From Phoronis australis (taxonomy: Eukaryota > Animalia > Phoronida), in the NCBI GenBank assembly GCA_002633005.1, contig NMRA01000072.1:78335-142334 (forward strand): a stretch of DNA of 64,000 nucleotides. Direction: 5' to 3'. Position numbers and translations under genes: made by a program. Shown piece by piece: positions 25,906-40,100 of this stretch. The notes below the pieces were generated by a model, which was given only the letters and a program-made list of their open reading frames with translations, did no database searches and was not told the DNA's origin. How positions within the stretch are numbered: position 1 is the first letter of the stretch; every line of letters begins with the position of its first letter.

Positions 25906-27719
25906 TAAAATTTATAACTGTTTTCGAATGATAATTTGTCGCATCTCGGACTGGATGCCGCCATAGCAATGACGAGGACCGGAGAATCTTCGGCCAGCCA
26001 GGCTGTGTTTTCATGACTATGGGTTGAAGCGCGACGCATTTTTTCTTCACAAAAAGGAAAGGGCCCTCAATCCCTCAATTTTGGGGCCAAATATCGGCCC
26101 TTTTCCCCTCTCAAAAATATTGAAGAATCAAGCGAAATTCGCGGTCACGAAGCCTAAAATCCCCTTTGTGATTGAAAATTTCTCTCCAACGGTTCAAATC
26201 ACCTGTGACAACAGAGGTGACAATTTGAAAAAGTACAAAATCATAGGCGCAAGCAAAATAAACCAGCAAAACGTGAAGCGGCCGGAGGAAACTACGGTAC
26301 TCGGAGTTCGAGCTAGGTCGGACCGGTAGCGGACGAGAGGGGAAAACACGTTCCGTTTTAGTTTTTTTTTAGTCCAACAACGACAGATTTCCTGAGCAGA
26401 AGGTATACATCCTCGGCGCCCGCAACTTCTGGGCCGCCTGCGTGCGTACAATCGCGCTTTGCCCGCTTCTCCGAGGGTGTCGGCCCCCCCGCTCACTAGG
26501 CCTATATGGTATCCTAGATCAGCCACTGAAAATGCTACTTGAGACAGAGCTATGAGAGCTTGCAAAAGGGCGGGGTGCTATTGATGGTGATCGGGAGGTC
26601 AGTGGAGTTTTNAGCGACACCTGGCAGACATAGCACGTTTTACTTCCGGTAAGTACGTCGTCTGCTAATCATGGTCGGCTGTTGTGTGGTCGGGTGCATG
26701 ACCAGTAGCATTGCCAAAAGTACTGACGATACCAAGAGTTCTACTATTGGAAGATTTTGAAAAAAAAGGCGTTCCAATGCCGAAATAATTCGTTTTCGTT
26801 GTACTGGACAGTAAAATAGACGGGAGAATTTCCCGTCACATTACAAGTACTAACCGCAAGCTGAGTTTGCTATTTGCTATGTTTAGAGGGCATTGCCTCC
26901 TCTAGGATATTACGCAAGAGAATGTCGGAGCTGCGAATCTGTTGTCTATAATCTAAGCTGCCATAACCCGATTGCCGATAGGTTCATCTACAAGTGTTGG
27001 CGCGTGCCTCTGAACTTGGACGACTGTGTCACTTGTGTCACCAACTGAATGCGTACAAAATCTTCTAACAAAATTTTCCGAAGGTGGCGAACGTGTCCAA
27101 CTAAGTCGTCACATTAATATGCCAACTTCTATTGATATAACAGTGCACAGAGATCTTTAATAATTTATGCCTTTCACTTATCGTCAAAATATATCATTAT
27201 GTCATTATGACAACACCAGCTCAACCGAGAACACACCAGCATTTGAAAATTTCAGACATTTACGTTAGGATCGGTTAACTGTGAGTGGAATTTGTTCGAT
27301 GGGATGTCTCGCAAACAAAATGGAATTGTGTCCTGTGCGAAGTCTTGTATCGGTGTTATCGCTCGTTTTTGAATATCCACGAGCGATCCGGAAAGTTTAT
27401 TGCTTCATTTGATTTATTGATTAGATCGTGGACCGACGTCACCAATAGAGTAATACAATGAAATGCTGGTCACAAGGAAAGAAAACTATTTATGTATATG
27501 CGACGAGGTATGTCAATCCAGAAACTTGATCGATTTTATGATTATCAGCAAGTGACGTGCAGTCAAGGTGACAATTATTACGCAAGAGTTAAATAGATAT
27601 CATAGAAACTTCGTTATCGATGCTTCACAAAGTACTTTGTATCACCAGATGATCCACTCCACATTAACCACCGCGACTGTATAGATGAGATAATTAAATG
27701 TTTGGAAGCAGTCGGAAGC

Positions 27720-27771
27720 ATGCATCTTTTATCGGCAACAATTTGGGCGAGTATCGCAGTCTATGCAAAAG
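27720..27771 (+). CDS. Gene B exon 1: signal peptide [17 protein letters not shown](A)
   Basis: 52 nt, AAAG|GTATGA donor, phase 1; mirrors gene A exon 1. Confidence 0.75.
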
Positions 27772-28110
27772 GTATGAATTTTTACATTCAAATAATAGAA
27801 ATGATATGAATCATAAATTCGCCTTCAGTCAAATCGTCAGGGCACATTCAGTATCGACAATGCATGTATGACATCATTTAAGACTTAATTAAATAACTTT
27901 TTTAAATAACGTGTCTTTGTATTAGGCCGAAACTAACATAACTGGTTGCGGTTTGCTCCCGGCACATTTTGACAGCTGCTCCTGACAGTTAACATAAGGT
28001 GGTGCACGATGAAATGGAAGGAGGGTCCCGTCCCATTTCAGTTGGCATCAGGTGAATTTTTCTGTTTTGAAAGTTTGAAAATTGGAAAACGCGCATCTCC
28101 GCATCAAAAC

Positions 28111-28164
<54 letters not shown>

Positions 28165-31100
28165 CAGACCTGACAGCCAATCTTGCAGTCTCCAGGCCTT
28201 ATGTATTCGGAATTATTTAGTTTGGAGGACTTTAAAAAGTAATCTGTTCCCACTTTGTGACTATTGTCACTGGAATGCGTTTAGTACATTGATTTGTGTG
28301 GTAATAGTAAACTCGTTGTAATAATCAGATTTTGTTTAATATCAAAATCAAAATTTTACTTCAAAAATTTGTTAACCCGTTTAAAGAGTAAATTCAGCTT
28401 CATATCAAAACCAATTTTATGCAAAGCAGTTTATTCACAACTAATACGCTTTCAACATGAGTTCTATTTTTTTTTCAAAAGAAGATTCGAATTTCTGGTG
28501 GAGCGCAAGAAAAATGTCCACCGCAGTTGAATGCGACTGAACAAAAAATTCTACAAAACTGTTAGCAGACACCACAAATATACATAAAGCTGTAAATTAC
28601 AAATATTCTAAATTTAGTAATATCGTTGGATAGACGAGATTAATTCTATGCGCTTAGCTAGTTAAAGAAGAGCAACGTAAAGCGTTGAAATGCGTTAACG
28701 ACTGCACCGCAAACAGTATTCTTCATAGTGTGTTTATTAGTATCATAAAATGACCACTAGTGAGGGTAAAATCAACGCCAGACATGCTCTAGGCAGGAAC
28801 ACTACCAGTTTTTACGATGACTTGATCTTTTTACCTGTAGCTGTTTGGTAGATAGAGACGGACGCCAAAACAGACTCGTAAATAATGAAATCTGGTCACC
28901 AGTTCTAGACTTCCAGCGGCTCGGTGGCTATTTTGAAACCAAATGCTTTCCAATGACCGGATTGGCATGCAAAATTAAATCCGCCGAAACCGAGGAACAC
29001 AGGATGGGTCTTAACCCAAAGCTCATAGGGTAGGTTCCCATACTATATGATTTCCAACCAGACGAACGAAACCAATCAAGGAGTACTAGACGCTAACGTA
29101 CCCGACGGCAAGATCTAAGTTATATTGAAGAAGAATCATACGCTGGCCGAATCCGACGAGCAATATCGTCGTTAAGTTCGAAAGAGACAGATGATGATAC
29201 CGACGAGCAAGATCGAATTTATCGCTCAAGAAATATGAGACGCTAATGAAGACGGCGAGCAAGATCGAAGTTAGTCAAAAAGAATCGGATGTGTGTTGAC
29301 GAACACTTCGAGTAAGACGGAACGAATTAGCGCAAGATAAAAATAACATATTTGGCGATGTAGAAGCCAAGAACAGTGTAAATGAAAAATTCATGTTCAG
29401 ACCGCTTGAAGAAAATTGGCAACAGGAGAAATGCAAAGCCATGAAGTTGAAATTTAGGAACATCGTTAAATACGGAAACAGCCGTCGTGTTGAGGCAGAT
29501 TGTACGCCACGTAAAATCGCGAAATTGAGAGGCGACGGCAACTTTTTGTTTAGAAAACTGATGTACTTGATAACTGGAGTTCAGGTGTTTCACAAACTTG
29601 TACGAAACGCTGTGATTGACTCTCTGTTGCCGAGTAATGTCTCGGTGGTGGTAGTAATTGACTCCACAATTGAGGACTGTCTAAAACAAAGTGAAATGTT
29701 ATTGAGTGAAGTGTGGCACAGATGTCGAAATAATATCCACAGATATTTTTGTCTATTGCAAGCACGGAATTGCGTGGAAATGTATGTAATTTCCACCTTT
29801 TGAGCAATCATTTAGAGATTCAAAATTGAAGTGTCTCGAAGACCTTGTGCACGCTAAATGTCGCGCATTCGCGTCCATGCGACTGTGTGTAATGAAGCTT
29901 CACTGTTATCAAAACTTAATGCTCGTATGCGCTTGTATGAAAAAATGTTGAGTAAAAAAGTAAGAGTATATACTATGTGAACGGAGGTGAAGTTATCCAT
30001 GTCAAACGATAGATGATGGTGAGTTTGTAGTTCAAATTACATCGTACATACAACTATAAAGGCTTACAAGGCTTATCATTCGAAATTATTAAGTGCATAG
30101 GCGCCTAAGCTTCCTTAATTGTAGGTGCAGGGGGTGTCTCTTGTGTTCTTAGATTCCTGGTCAGTGAAGCGTGGAGCAGAAAAATGGTTTGTGATATATT
30201 CATTGTACGTCGTAACCATGGAGGCAGAGACAGTTGCGGGCCGCTGCTAAAGGGATCCACCTTTTCCATGAGGGATGAAAGCGGTTTTGATCACATCGCT
30301 GTTATATTCATCTGCTGTGTTATCGAATATTGATTACATTTGTAACAAGGAACATACGTCACTGGCGCGTGCAGTTGTAAAAAGTTGAATGAACATTGTC
30401 AATCAATTAACTAATTAGGTGACCAATTCGTGCGAATTGTTCTGCATGCCTTTGTAACTCCTTTGTGCGGTAGATGACGTGAATGTAATATCGACCACAT
30501 CTTACTATTGATACAAACGCATGCTACATTCCGTCAAGAAGATCTTGACGTATTAAAGAGGCATGGAACGCCAAAAATCGTAACACGCTTTTAGCCAGAT
30601 GTTGACGAATTTTCTTCATGGGAAAGCTAATGTGAATGAATATTGCAAGAATTTCTTTAAAAATCATCATTTTTTGAAACAAAGACGAAATAAAAACTCT
30701 TTCATTCCAACACAATTTTCAAATTCTTCGCGCCTAATAACATATATGAGCGCATGCACACACAGAAACCTGGGTAGATCCTTTTTGTTTACATCAAAAG
30801 TCAAAAGTCACATTTTCCGTATAAAGGAAAAGTGCCACGTCTATGTCCGGCCGTGACAAATAAGGTGATTTGGTGATGGAAAAAGTGAGACGAAGTGACA
30901 AGCAGTTGAAAGATCTTTTCTTGAAATTTGAAACCGAATACAAAATGCTTGGACATCAACAGAAACTCAAAATCGTTATACACAAATATCTGGTGAACAG
31001 TTTGACTTCTGTTTAAGTCCCAGAAAACCATATTGAATAATTCAATTTAGTATGTATTTCACGTTCTATGCCACTTGTACTATAATTTTATGTAAAACCC

Positions 31101-34100
31101 AGGAAATATGGCTAAATTTGACTAACACCGTATATCAGAAATGGCTTGTCGGATTCTCATGAAAACTCTCCGATACGCTGTTAAAGCTGATTTCAAGATC
31201 TTTCACTTTTTGCATGAGGGCAATCAAAACAGATTTTTAAAGAATTTCGTGAAAAAAGTAAAAAAGCATGAAACGAAATGGACACGATAATTTAAAGAAG
31301 TGTGACACCATTTTTGAGATTTCATTTAGACTACAACATTTATATCCAACAAAATTTAGTATTGTTTTTGATACCGTTGTTTGCTAAGAATGTATGTTTA
31401 CTTTTTGATTAATTTTCTGAAGACTTGAACCAATTAAAGGAGAATGCCACCCGATTTAATTAGTCTTTTTTACCGTCTTATTCGCTCTATATTCACATCG
31501 TTTCTTATACGGTCGACCTCACCTTGCCGAGAGGTGTCGCGTTAACCTGTGAGGAAGGTGAGAAACGACGCAGCGACGTCAGTGGTTCATCTGCAGAGTG
31601 AAAGCCGCTATATTGTGGTGCATCGTTCCCGCTTGTCCAAGCTATGAAGCTGCGAAGAAAGCGGGTATATCGTTTTTTCGATTTCCTCGAGAGCCCGGAA
31701 TTCTTAGGAAGTGGCTCGCGGTTGTGAAGAATGAAAAGTACGCTGTTGATGGCAAGTATGAGGCCGTGAAACATCTCCGTGTCTGTGGCCGGCATTTCGT
31801 CGACAGTGATTTCTCTGACGAATTCCGGCTTACCAATTAAGAACTATCCATACCTGCCTGTGCATGTTCACGGCGCCTCTCTAGTATTTCTTGATCAGTG
31901 TATTCTGGTTCGAACCGAAAGCCTGTGAAACCTAACGATCCGACCCGTGAAGTCTTCGTCGGATGAGCTCTCGACTAAGTCGGGATTGGTGCCGGGCGAG
32001 TTGCCATGTAGACGTTTATTATTCTGCGTTCTGTTTCAAAACGAATTATTCTCACCTCAACCAATGCTTAAAACTGAAACAAAGTCTGTCTCATTAGATG
32101 CAATTTGTAATGCCTTTTGCCGTACAATGTATTCGTGAGTGCAAATGTTTTGAGAAGCCAGCAATGAATTAACCACTGCGTTACCGGCTTTAGATGCAAT
32201 AAACAAAGGTAATTGACCGGCCGGGCACCGAGGCCGTGTGAGCGGCGCATGCTAATTCAGTGTTTGCTGACAGAAAGTTGTTGTGAAACAATAGCTCGAT
32301 TTTATATGCTAGGATCACATGTTAGGGGAATCATTATTTAGATATACAAATACATTGTTCAAATCATTTTTTCTGTACAACCTTTGCCCTGACGGTTCTG
32401 TGGAAGGGGAACCTGACTTCGCGGCCCCCGACAAGTAAGTAGATTCTCCGTTTCGTGGCTAATTCACCTAAACAGTTTCGTGACTGGAGGTTTAGTTTCC
32501 AACTTAAGCTGGTTGATGTTCGTGATGTCCAGTCCCGGCGCCGGGCTGCGACGGGCCTGATCGGATTCCGTCCGAGCCACTGGCGTCCCCGGGGGAGTAA
32601 CGAGCGTCTTGCGTGTTAAGAACTGAAAGAATCGCAAGTCTAAAAGTACAACACACAGCTATGTTCCCAGTCTGTATTTCACGGAAGAGTGATTCGAATT
32701 TATCACCAAACAGACCCAAACTCCCGCGATCGACCATGGTAAATTGGCCTCTAGTACCCGGAACTCTGTAGGCTACGGTACGTGCAAATACCTATAAACC
32801 CGTAACAGTGAAATAAAACAACACGTTTGTTCAAGAACTCGATGTATTTGTAAGAGTTTTCATCGAATTTTGATGATTTATTGGTGTAAAACGATGAATT
32901 CAAGCGATAAGTTAACACCAGTAAGCGTGTTGTGAACTGCTGAACAGACTGCGTTCGAACCGATTACGTCATTGATTAATTTCAACACCTCCGTCTGCCG
33001 TTAGGTGTCAGGTAAAACAACTGAACTTGCTGTTATCGAGTGGAACTACTCGATCTAAATTGATACAAAATAGATTGTTTTTGGGTGGCATTCTCCTTTA
33101 ATGGCAAATTTATGGAAACATAAAAACAAGCAATTCTTCATGCATACAATACATGTACATAAACACTGAGAGTTAAGGTCTTTCCAGAAATTGCTACCTA
33201 ATGTCGAGTATGTGTTTTTGCTGCAGCGTTCCTCAACTTTGCGTCCCTGCCGGCCGTCACGGTAGCGTAAAATTTGTTTTTGCGATGCATGCCTTACCTC
33301 AAGTTCTGCAAATCAGCACTGTCCCATCGTTATTTCCCAATACTGTGATCAACACGGGGAAGTATTACTATTACTATTTGTGTTTACAGTCCAGAAGCTA
33401 AAACACGTAAGTTGACCATGAAAACTATAACGGCGCACTGGTGCACAACTGTTCAGGAATTTTTAAATTTCCGTTTAGTTNCATTCGCTTTCTGTACTCA
33501 TTTCGTTACTCCAGTGTATTTTAAACGGGCCGTGACCGGATTTGGGTTACCGATTTCGAGTTTTCACCTCGTCAAAAATACACTCTACACTTAAAACTAT
33601 CATTTAAAAAACGCTTACTTTCATCATTGGTCTTTTCTACTTCTATACATATCTTTAATGAAGCTTAGTTCTGAGAATTAAGTTGACTTTGGCGAAGAAT
33701 TACAACTCCACTTTTTTGGTTGCCGTTAATTTTATCACCGCGTGCGCGATAACTACAAAGCATGTCAACTGAATCCCGAATAACGATAACGTCACAAGCC
33801 AAGCTGAAGTCCGTGATACGCGGACGCAACGTCGTTAATTTTTGTAAGTTTTTATTCCAGTATTAGACTCAAACTTTGTCTACATATGAAGTTATGTAAC
33901 AACAAACTGGAGCACACAGCAACAAGATATTCCTGCGATGATGCAAATAAGTTGGTATATACGGGATGTTAAATTGGTTATCCTACGTACTTAAGAATAC
34001 AACTGCGATATCCTATCTCGAGTTCATATCATCCGGAAAGGTCGAGTTGGGACATTCCCAGGTGAAATGAAATCTCAATAGGATTTGGCAGTAGCGTTCC

Positions 34101-37100
34101 TATGTATGTGGGATAACCTATTTATCTACGCCACTCTCCGAACGTTTTTTTGTATATATTGCAATCATACTTCACAGTAATTACCAAAACTTTGAGTAAG
34201 AATGATCCGCGAAAAAAATTTGATCGACGCAAGTCACAAATGAAATCAAGGTCACTTGTTCGGCTAACTCATCATTGGGAAGGCGACAATACTCGAGTAC
34301 ACGTTTGGATACAAACGAAACTATACGTTCTAACAAATCAAAATAAAACAGCTAAATAAATTCCCATGACAATAGAAATGCAAATATCACTTTACTGCAG
34401 TTTCCTCAATATCGTCTGCTCACTTTAGTCCGCCGTCCGACTTAGTCAAGATGTTCTGCCGACGATCGATTTACTCTTTACAGCTGAATTCTAGTACCAT
34501 AGTTATCAAAAACAGTTGGTCGAATATTAAAAGTGCGTTCACCTTTAATTGTTCTTATATCATCTGTCAGTTTGAAAGTTGAGAAATATTAGTGAAGGTG
34601 ATTTCAGGGCCTCCTAACAGCTGACTAAGTGCTTTTGAGCACATTCTACAAACTGGCTTTTCACGGGGAGCCATTTTATGTGCCGAGCAAGGGCTCAAGA
34701 AATAACGAATTGCCAGTTCATTACAAACCCGGGTTTGAATCTTAGCAGACAATCGACCATTTCACAAGAATACCTTCCATCCCTCTCAGCTCAGCCTTAG
34801 AAAGGGACGAATATACAATAGTATGAACCAGAACTTGGATTCAATGTGAAAGGAGATATCGGCGGACGAATGTTAACACTGCACAAAAACATCGGATTCC
34901 ATTTCCAGCTGTTACATGTCCCTCCAACTCATGGACCATCTCCAATGGTGTCTGTTATTATCATGATAAGACCACGAGAACCTGGACGTCTGCCAAGAGT
35001 AACTGTGCGGCGCTTGGCGGCTACCTAGCTTACATTCACAATTCTGCAACGCACACCTTCGTGAAAAGTTTTGTACCTTCAAGGTATGTCATGTTGGCAC
35101 GTTATTGGCGTGATTTATGTAGTTGACGTAGCTATTGCGGTGGTGATTTCTTCAACAAGCAAGATAGATATGTTTAGTGAATTGTGTCTCGTATGAGATA
35201 AATTATTCTGTACATGTGTAACAGCTTGTCCAGAATCGATTTTTGACTCTGCTTCACGATGTCCACAAAAATTCTGCCCCAAAGAAATGACGTCTTTCTT
35301 CTGAATTCAAGCTACTACTACTTCTGGATTGGCGTCAGTGATGCAGGCTCAGAAGGCACGTGGAAAACAGTTGAGGGGAACACGGTTTCCTTCACTAAAT
35401 GGACTAGCAGTCCTCTCCAACCAAACGGCGGGACAAATGAAAACTGTTGTGCTCCCGATGCCAGCCGATCCCACCTGTGGTTCGACAGACCATGCGGTGG
35501 AACACTTACATCCCTTTGTCAGTATCCTAAACCGGTAAGATAACGAGTTAATCCATACAGGAGTGGTCAAATTTTGAGACATAGTTACTTTACAGACATC
35601 TGTGTATGTCCTTTACAGAATCGCACAAAAATGGTTTCATCACTGGCCTACATTTGTCTTGCGATTTATTTTTTTTTCTGTGAACAATTTTATTGTCAGG
35701 CACAAAACAAACTTTTTATTCGAAGTTATATTTCATTCTACTTATTCAAACTGACGTTTGGGATGCTGCACTATGGTGAGTGGCAATGATTAAGCCCTCA
35801 TTTTGACTAGCCCGATCACTTGGCCCACCCATTGGTGAAGATGAGGGATTACTATAGTTCTAAAATATAACTGAGGGAGGGAGGGGGTGAGAGTAGGAGG
35901 GAGTGAGGAAGGGAGAGAGATTACCAATATTTCTTTGCAAATGAAAACCTTTTCTTGTTGTTTTTTGTAGTCTGTGGCAAGCATGCCTGGTAAGTATATC
36001 CTTGTTCTAGCTTGTATGCACTTAACACGAAACGATCTCAGTAAATACCAACAGGTTGACATAATCTTTAAAATATTTATATCTCAACAATGTGCATAAT
36101 AGGATGAAAGACATGCCTGTTGATTGCAATCTGGCATTCCGATATTTTTTTTTGCTGGGTGGAGTATGATGATTTACATGATCTATAGCACTTAATGGGT
36201 TTGAATCAGGTAGAGGCTTGTGATACATACAATGCAAATAACAGCGAGAACTTAAACAATAAAAACTGCTCAAACTCAGGATAGGGGTTAAGAATTTTAA
36301 ATCCAGTAGATGCTTGCATATACGTACAATGTTTGGACATTCACGTACCACATTTAACAATGATGGAAAATGTGAATCATGTTTCTGCGATTAAGTAAGC
36401 ATTGCGGAGACAGAACAAACATTTTGTTTTAGTGAATGGTGGTTGGTCTGCTTGGAGTAGTTGGGGATCTTGTTCTAAAACATGCGGAGGTGGATCACAA
36501 ACGGCGACAAGGACTTGTACCAATCCTTCACCTGCAAATGGCGGAGCATCCTGTTCAGGAAGTAGCTCAAAAACTCAGTCTTGCAATACTGGCGGATGCC
36601 CGGGTAAGTTTTATTGACAATAACAGGCACGTAGGAAGGCGAAAATTGTTGGGGGCACAGACCAATTCGACTTCACCAAACTACCCCCGGCCTTTCCTAT
36701 CGCCACCACCTCGCCCNNNNNNNNNCTCCGCCCGGTTCTCCGGATGTCGCCATTTTTGTACCGAACCCCCACGTCCGCCATAGGTAAGGGGACAATTCTG
36801 GGGATGCAGCCATCAGGATTAAGAGTAACCGTGAACTAACAAAGTTTCACGGAGAGTAAGAATGAGCGGAGGCCCTGCGCACTGACGGGTAGCTGGGTGC
36901 TGCCTCAAGTAACTGTAGCTGAGATGTTACAGTGTGAAAATACGAAATTTGATGAGGTGAAGCTAGTCGCTGGTCAGCTCAGCCACTTGATATGGGCAAC
37001 TTAGCTCGTGACCTATCCGCCTGCCCTGGCTCTTAAGTCAAGATTCGTTTTATTATGATCCAGTTTCGGGAAAAGTTCATTTCACAATGGCCATTATTTA

Positions 37101-40100
37101 AAAGGAACTTTTTGAAAAGGTGGGGTCCCGAGGCCCCTGGTATAGTACCTTTGGGTTGCTTCAAAATCCGTTGTTGAAACACGAACGGTAGTCCAGTTTC
37201 TGGTGGCGGGGAAAATGATATAGAATGTGTCAAAAAATTTACACACTTCAACGCCTGGAGTTCAAATTCAGTTCCCGTGGATTACTGAGATTCTGCATGG
37301 GCCTACTGCATGATTACACCTTTTTTAATGTGTGTACGTTGCTATTTGGCGATCTGAATATCCCAATGTTAGTCTGCAACTGAGTTCTGTGAAGCATTGT
37401 CATTTCTTACAAAATTAGCTTCTAATTGTCAAAAAATCATCTGTGAATCAGTCGATTTTCGAAGATACATAAATATGTAAATCAGCCAGAAACCAACAAT
37501 CGATTCCATGAGCAATGCGTTTACCTTGACTTGATGATTTAATTCCTTTTGATTCCCTGTTTGTGAGTTTGAACGACAAATTTTTAGCCAAAGTAAAAAA
37601 CCAATGCATTTATTGTCATTTGAACTGTGACTATATTTTGGGGGAACTGTTCGAATTTCATCAATGAGAGTTATTTTAGATTGGCAAAAACCGCCTAAGT
37701 GTACTTTACTATTTGGGGATAGGATTATAGAGTTTTTCCAACTTCAGGATGTAACTAAATTTGCTGAAACATGTGAATCAGAAACCAGTCTTTCTTTTCA
37801 CGACTGTCACCGGCCCCACGCATACATGTATGTCCGTTGCCACGGTTTAAACCTGACGCCTGCAAATTTTGGGGGGCACGTGCCCGCTCCCACTTCCTAC
37901 GGCCCTGAATGCAGTGACGTTGAAAAGTTTATTAATCCTGCAAAATAAATAAGATATATTGCCAAAACACGTGCATGTCACCGTAACATTATTTTATCTT
38001 TTTTGTCACATATTAGCACGCACACTTACTTGCACACATGAAGTCACAGGGAATAAATCTCTATACAAGTACGAAGGCCTTTACTCTAAGGTTCATAAGT
38101 CAAAGGAGCCTACACACTCGACTCGAAAGAACCTTTCATCCAAAAATGCCACGAAGAGACCCTTACTCCGAAGAATGTGTAGGTTTACTCTGAAGGTCCG
38201 TTACCCCTGAGGGCCCTTATATGTTCTAGATAGATTCGTTTCCAAACATTAAAGGTATACTTCGAGAAATTGTTGATCACATCGTTACGATAAATTCTTG
38301 GCCAAAACATGAGCAATATACCGATTGCCTGTGACTGTTTACAAAACCGTTATCAAATGCTCATTGGCAATTTCTCTGACGCACTGTGTAAACGGATTTT
38401 CCTAAGCAAACACACCATAGCACAAATTCAGGATGTTTTTGAGTAGCCCGATATTTAGGTCTTAATGTTCAAGTATAGCATTTTCGGAATATAGATTTTT
38501 CACATGCCTTTGCGAGTACAGAGTATTAAACAAGGGAAAAAAGTATCTGCCATATCATTTCGGAAGAAACGGCTTTGGGGTATAGGCCCTTCAGAGCAGG
38601 AACGTGATACGACGTGTGTTGCATCGTTCCTTCGAAGGTTCGTTTATCCGAATGTAAGGTCTTAGGAGTAACAGCTCTTCAGAGTAGAGGCCATGTGGAA
38701 TAACAACTTGTTGGATTCATAAAATGACGGAAAATTAAGAGTCTCAACATTCCTGCAACGCCATTGTGTCATACGTAGAACAAGCGTTGCAATAATGGAC
38801 TAAGCAATACATTTCAGTGAATGGCGGTTGGTCAGCTTGGAGTAGCTGGGGGTCTTGTTCTAAAACATGTGGGGGTGGATCACAGACGGCGACAAGGACG
38901 TGTACCAACCCTTCACCTGCAAATGGCGGCGCACCCTGTTCAGGAAGTAGCTCGAAGACTCAGACCTGCAATACTGGCGGATGTCCAGGTAGATTTTATT
39001 GACTATGAAACGCTTACAATCCACGCAAAGGAAAATCGAGGTTCAGCAAACACGTGACCTTGTTTTGGCTGTGTGATATATTCCAGTATAGTTTTTATTT
39101 AAACAATCCAATAAATTATAGGCTTGCATACTATGATTCCTTTAAATCCTCGACCAATTTTTTTTTGGGCAGTATATGCTTGGTCGGTGATGAGAGCTAT
39201 GTATGTTTCAAGACACCATGCGCACTCTCATCATCATGTTTTCTTTGTACTGTGCATCCTTTCCTGGGTGAAAAAGTACTACATGTCATATTGTCTGCCT
39301 ATTTCATACCAAACGCGCATTCAATGTTATATGCAAGGGATAGGAGTTCGAAAACGTGCATGCAAGCAAGTTAAGAAGAGTTCAAACATCTCGAACTCAA
39401 ACCTCCCGCTATCCGAATCATTTTTTTCATTATCCAGGCATGGACCACCGTAGCAGCAACTGACAGTAGTCTGATCATTGCGTTATTGTGAGAATTTTGA
39501 TTCTGTACTGGTGTATGAATGTGCATATGCATAGCCATTTTCATAAGCATTCTGTTACCGATATTCAGTTACCTACCACGCTCATGCGCGCACGCACGCC
39601 CGCACGCACGGGCACACTCATATCTAATCTTGATTATCTGTTATCACGAATGATCAGTCAGTCGTGGGCTGGCTGTCTTTTGTGGAAACATCACAACACT
39701 GTGCTTCAGTAACTGAAAAAGCACTGCAATTAAAAGCAATTCCTTTCAGTGAATGGCGGTTGGTCTGCTTGGAGTAGTTGGGGATCTTGTTCGAAAACAT
39801 GCGGGGGTGGGTCGCAGACGGCGACAAGGACGTGTACCAACCCTTCACCTGCAAATGGCGGCGCACCCTGTTCAGGAAGTACTTCGAAGACTCAATCATG
39901 CAGTAATGGAGGATGTCCAGGTAGATTTTATTGAAAATAGACGACCTTGAACGTATGGGAATCACAAAACATCATAAGACATTTTAACGTTATCATCGAA
40001 AAATTTGTTCACAAAACAAATTTCACTTAACCTTCCTTGAAATAGTCAACATATAACTCAATGATTTTTTATGTACATTTGAGTAAATAATGTTTTGCTG

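Noticed and set aside
26820-26835. NF-kB-like site (GGGAAATTCT, minus strand) upstream of gene B
   Set aside because: Imperfect single match inside repeat-derived sequence, with no counterpart seen upstream of gene A; expected by chance.
27989-28321. Poly-Tyr and poly-Ile ORFs
   Set aside because: These are translations of the (AAT)18 microsatellite.
36624-37907. CAGG..CCTG-bounded hAT-like element
   Set aside because: Only short imperfect inverted ends, no matching target-site duplication, and an N gap inside.
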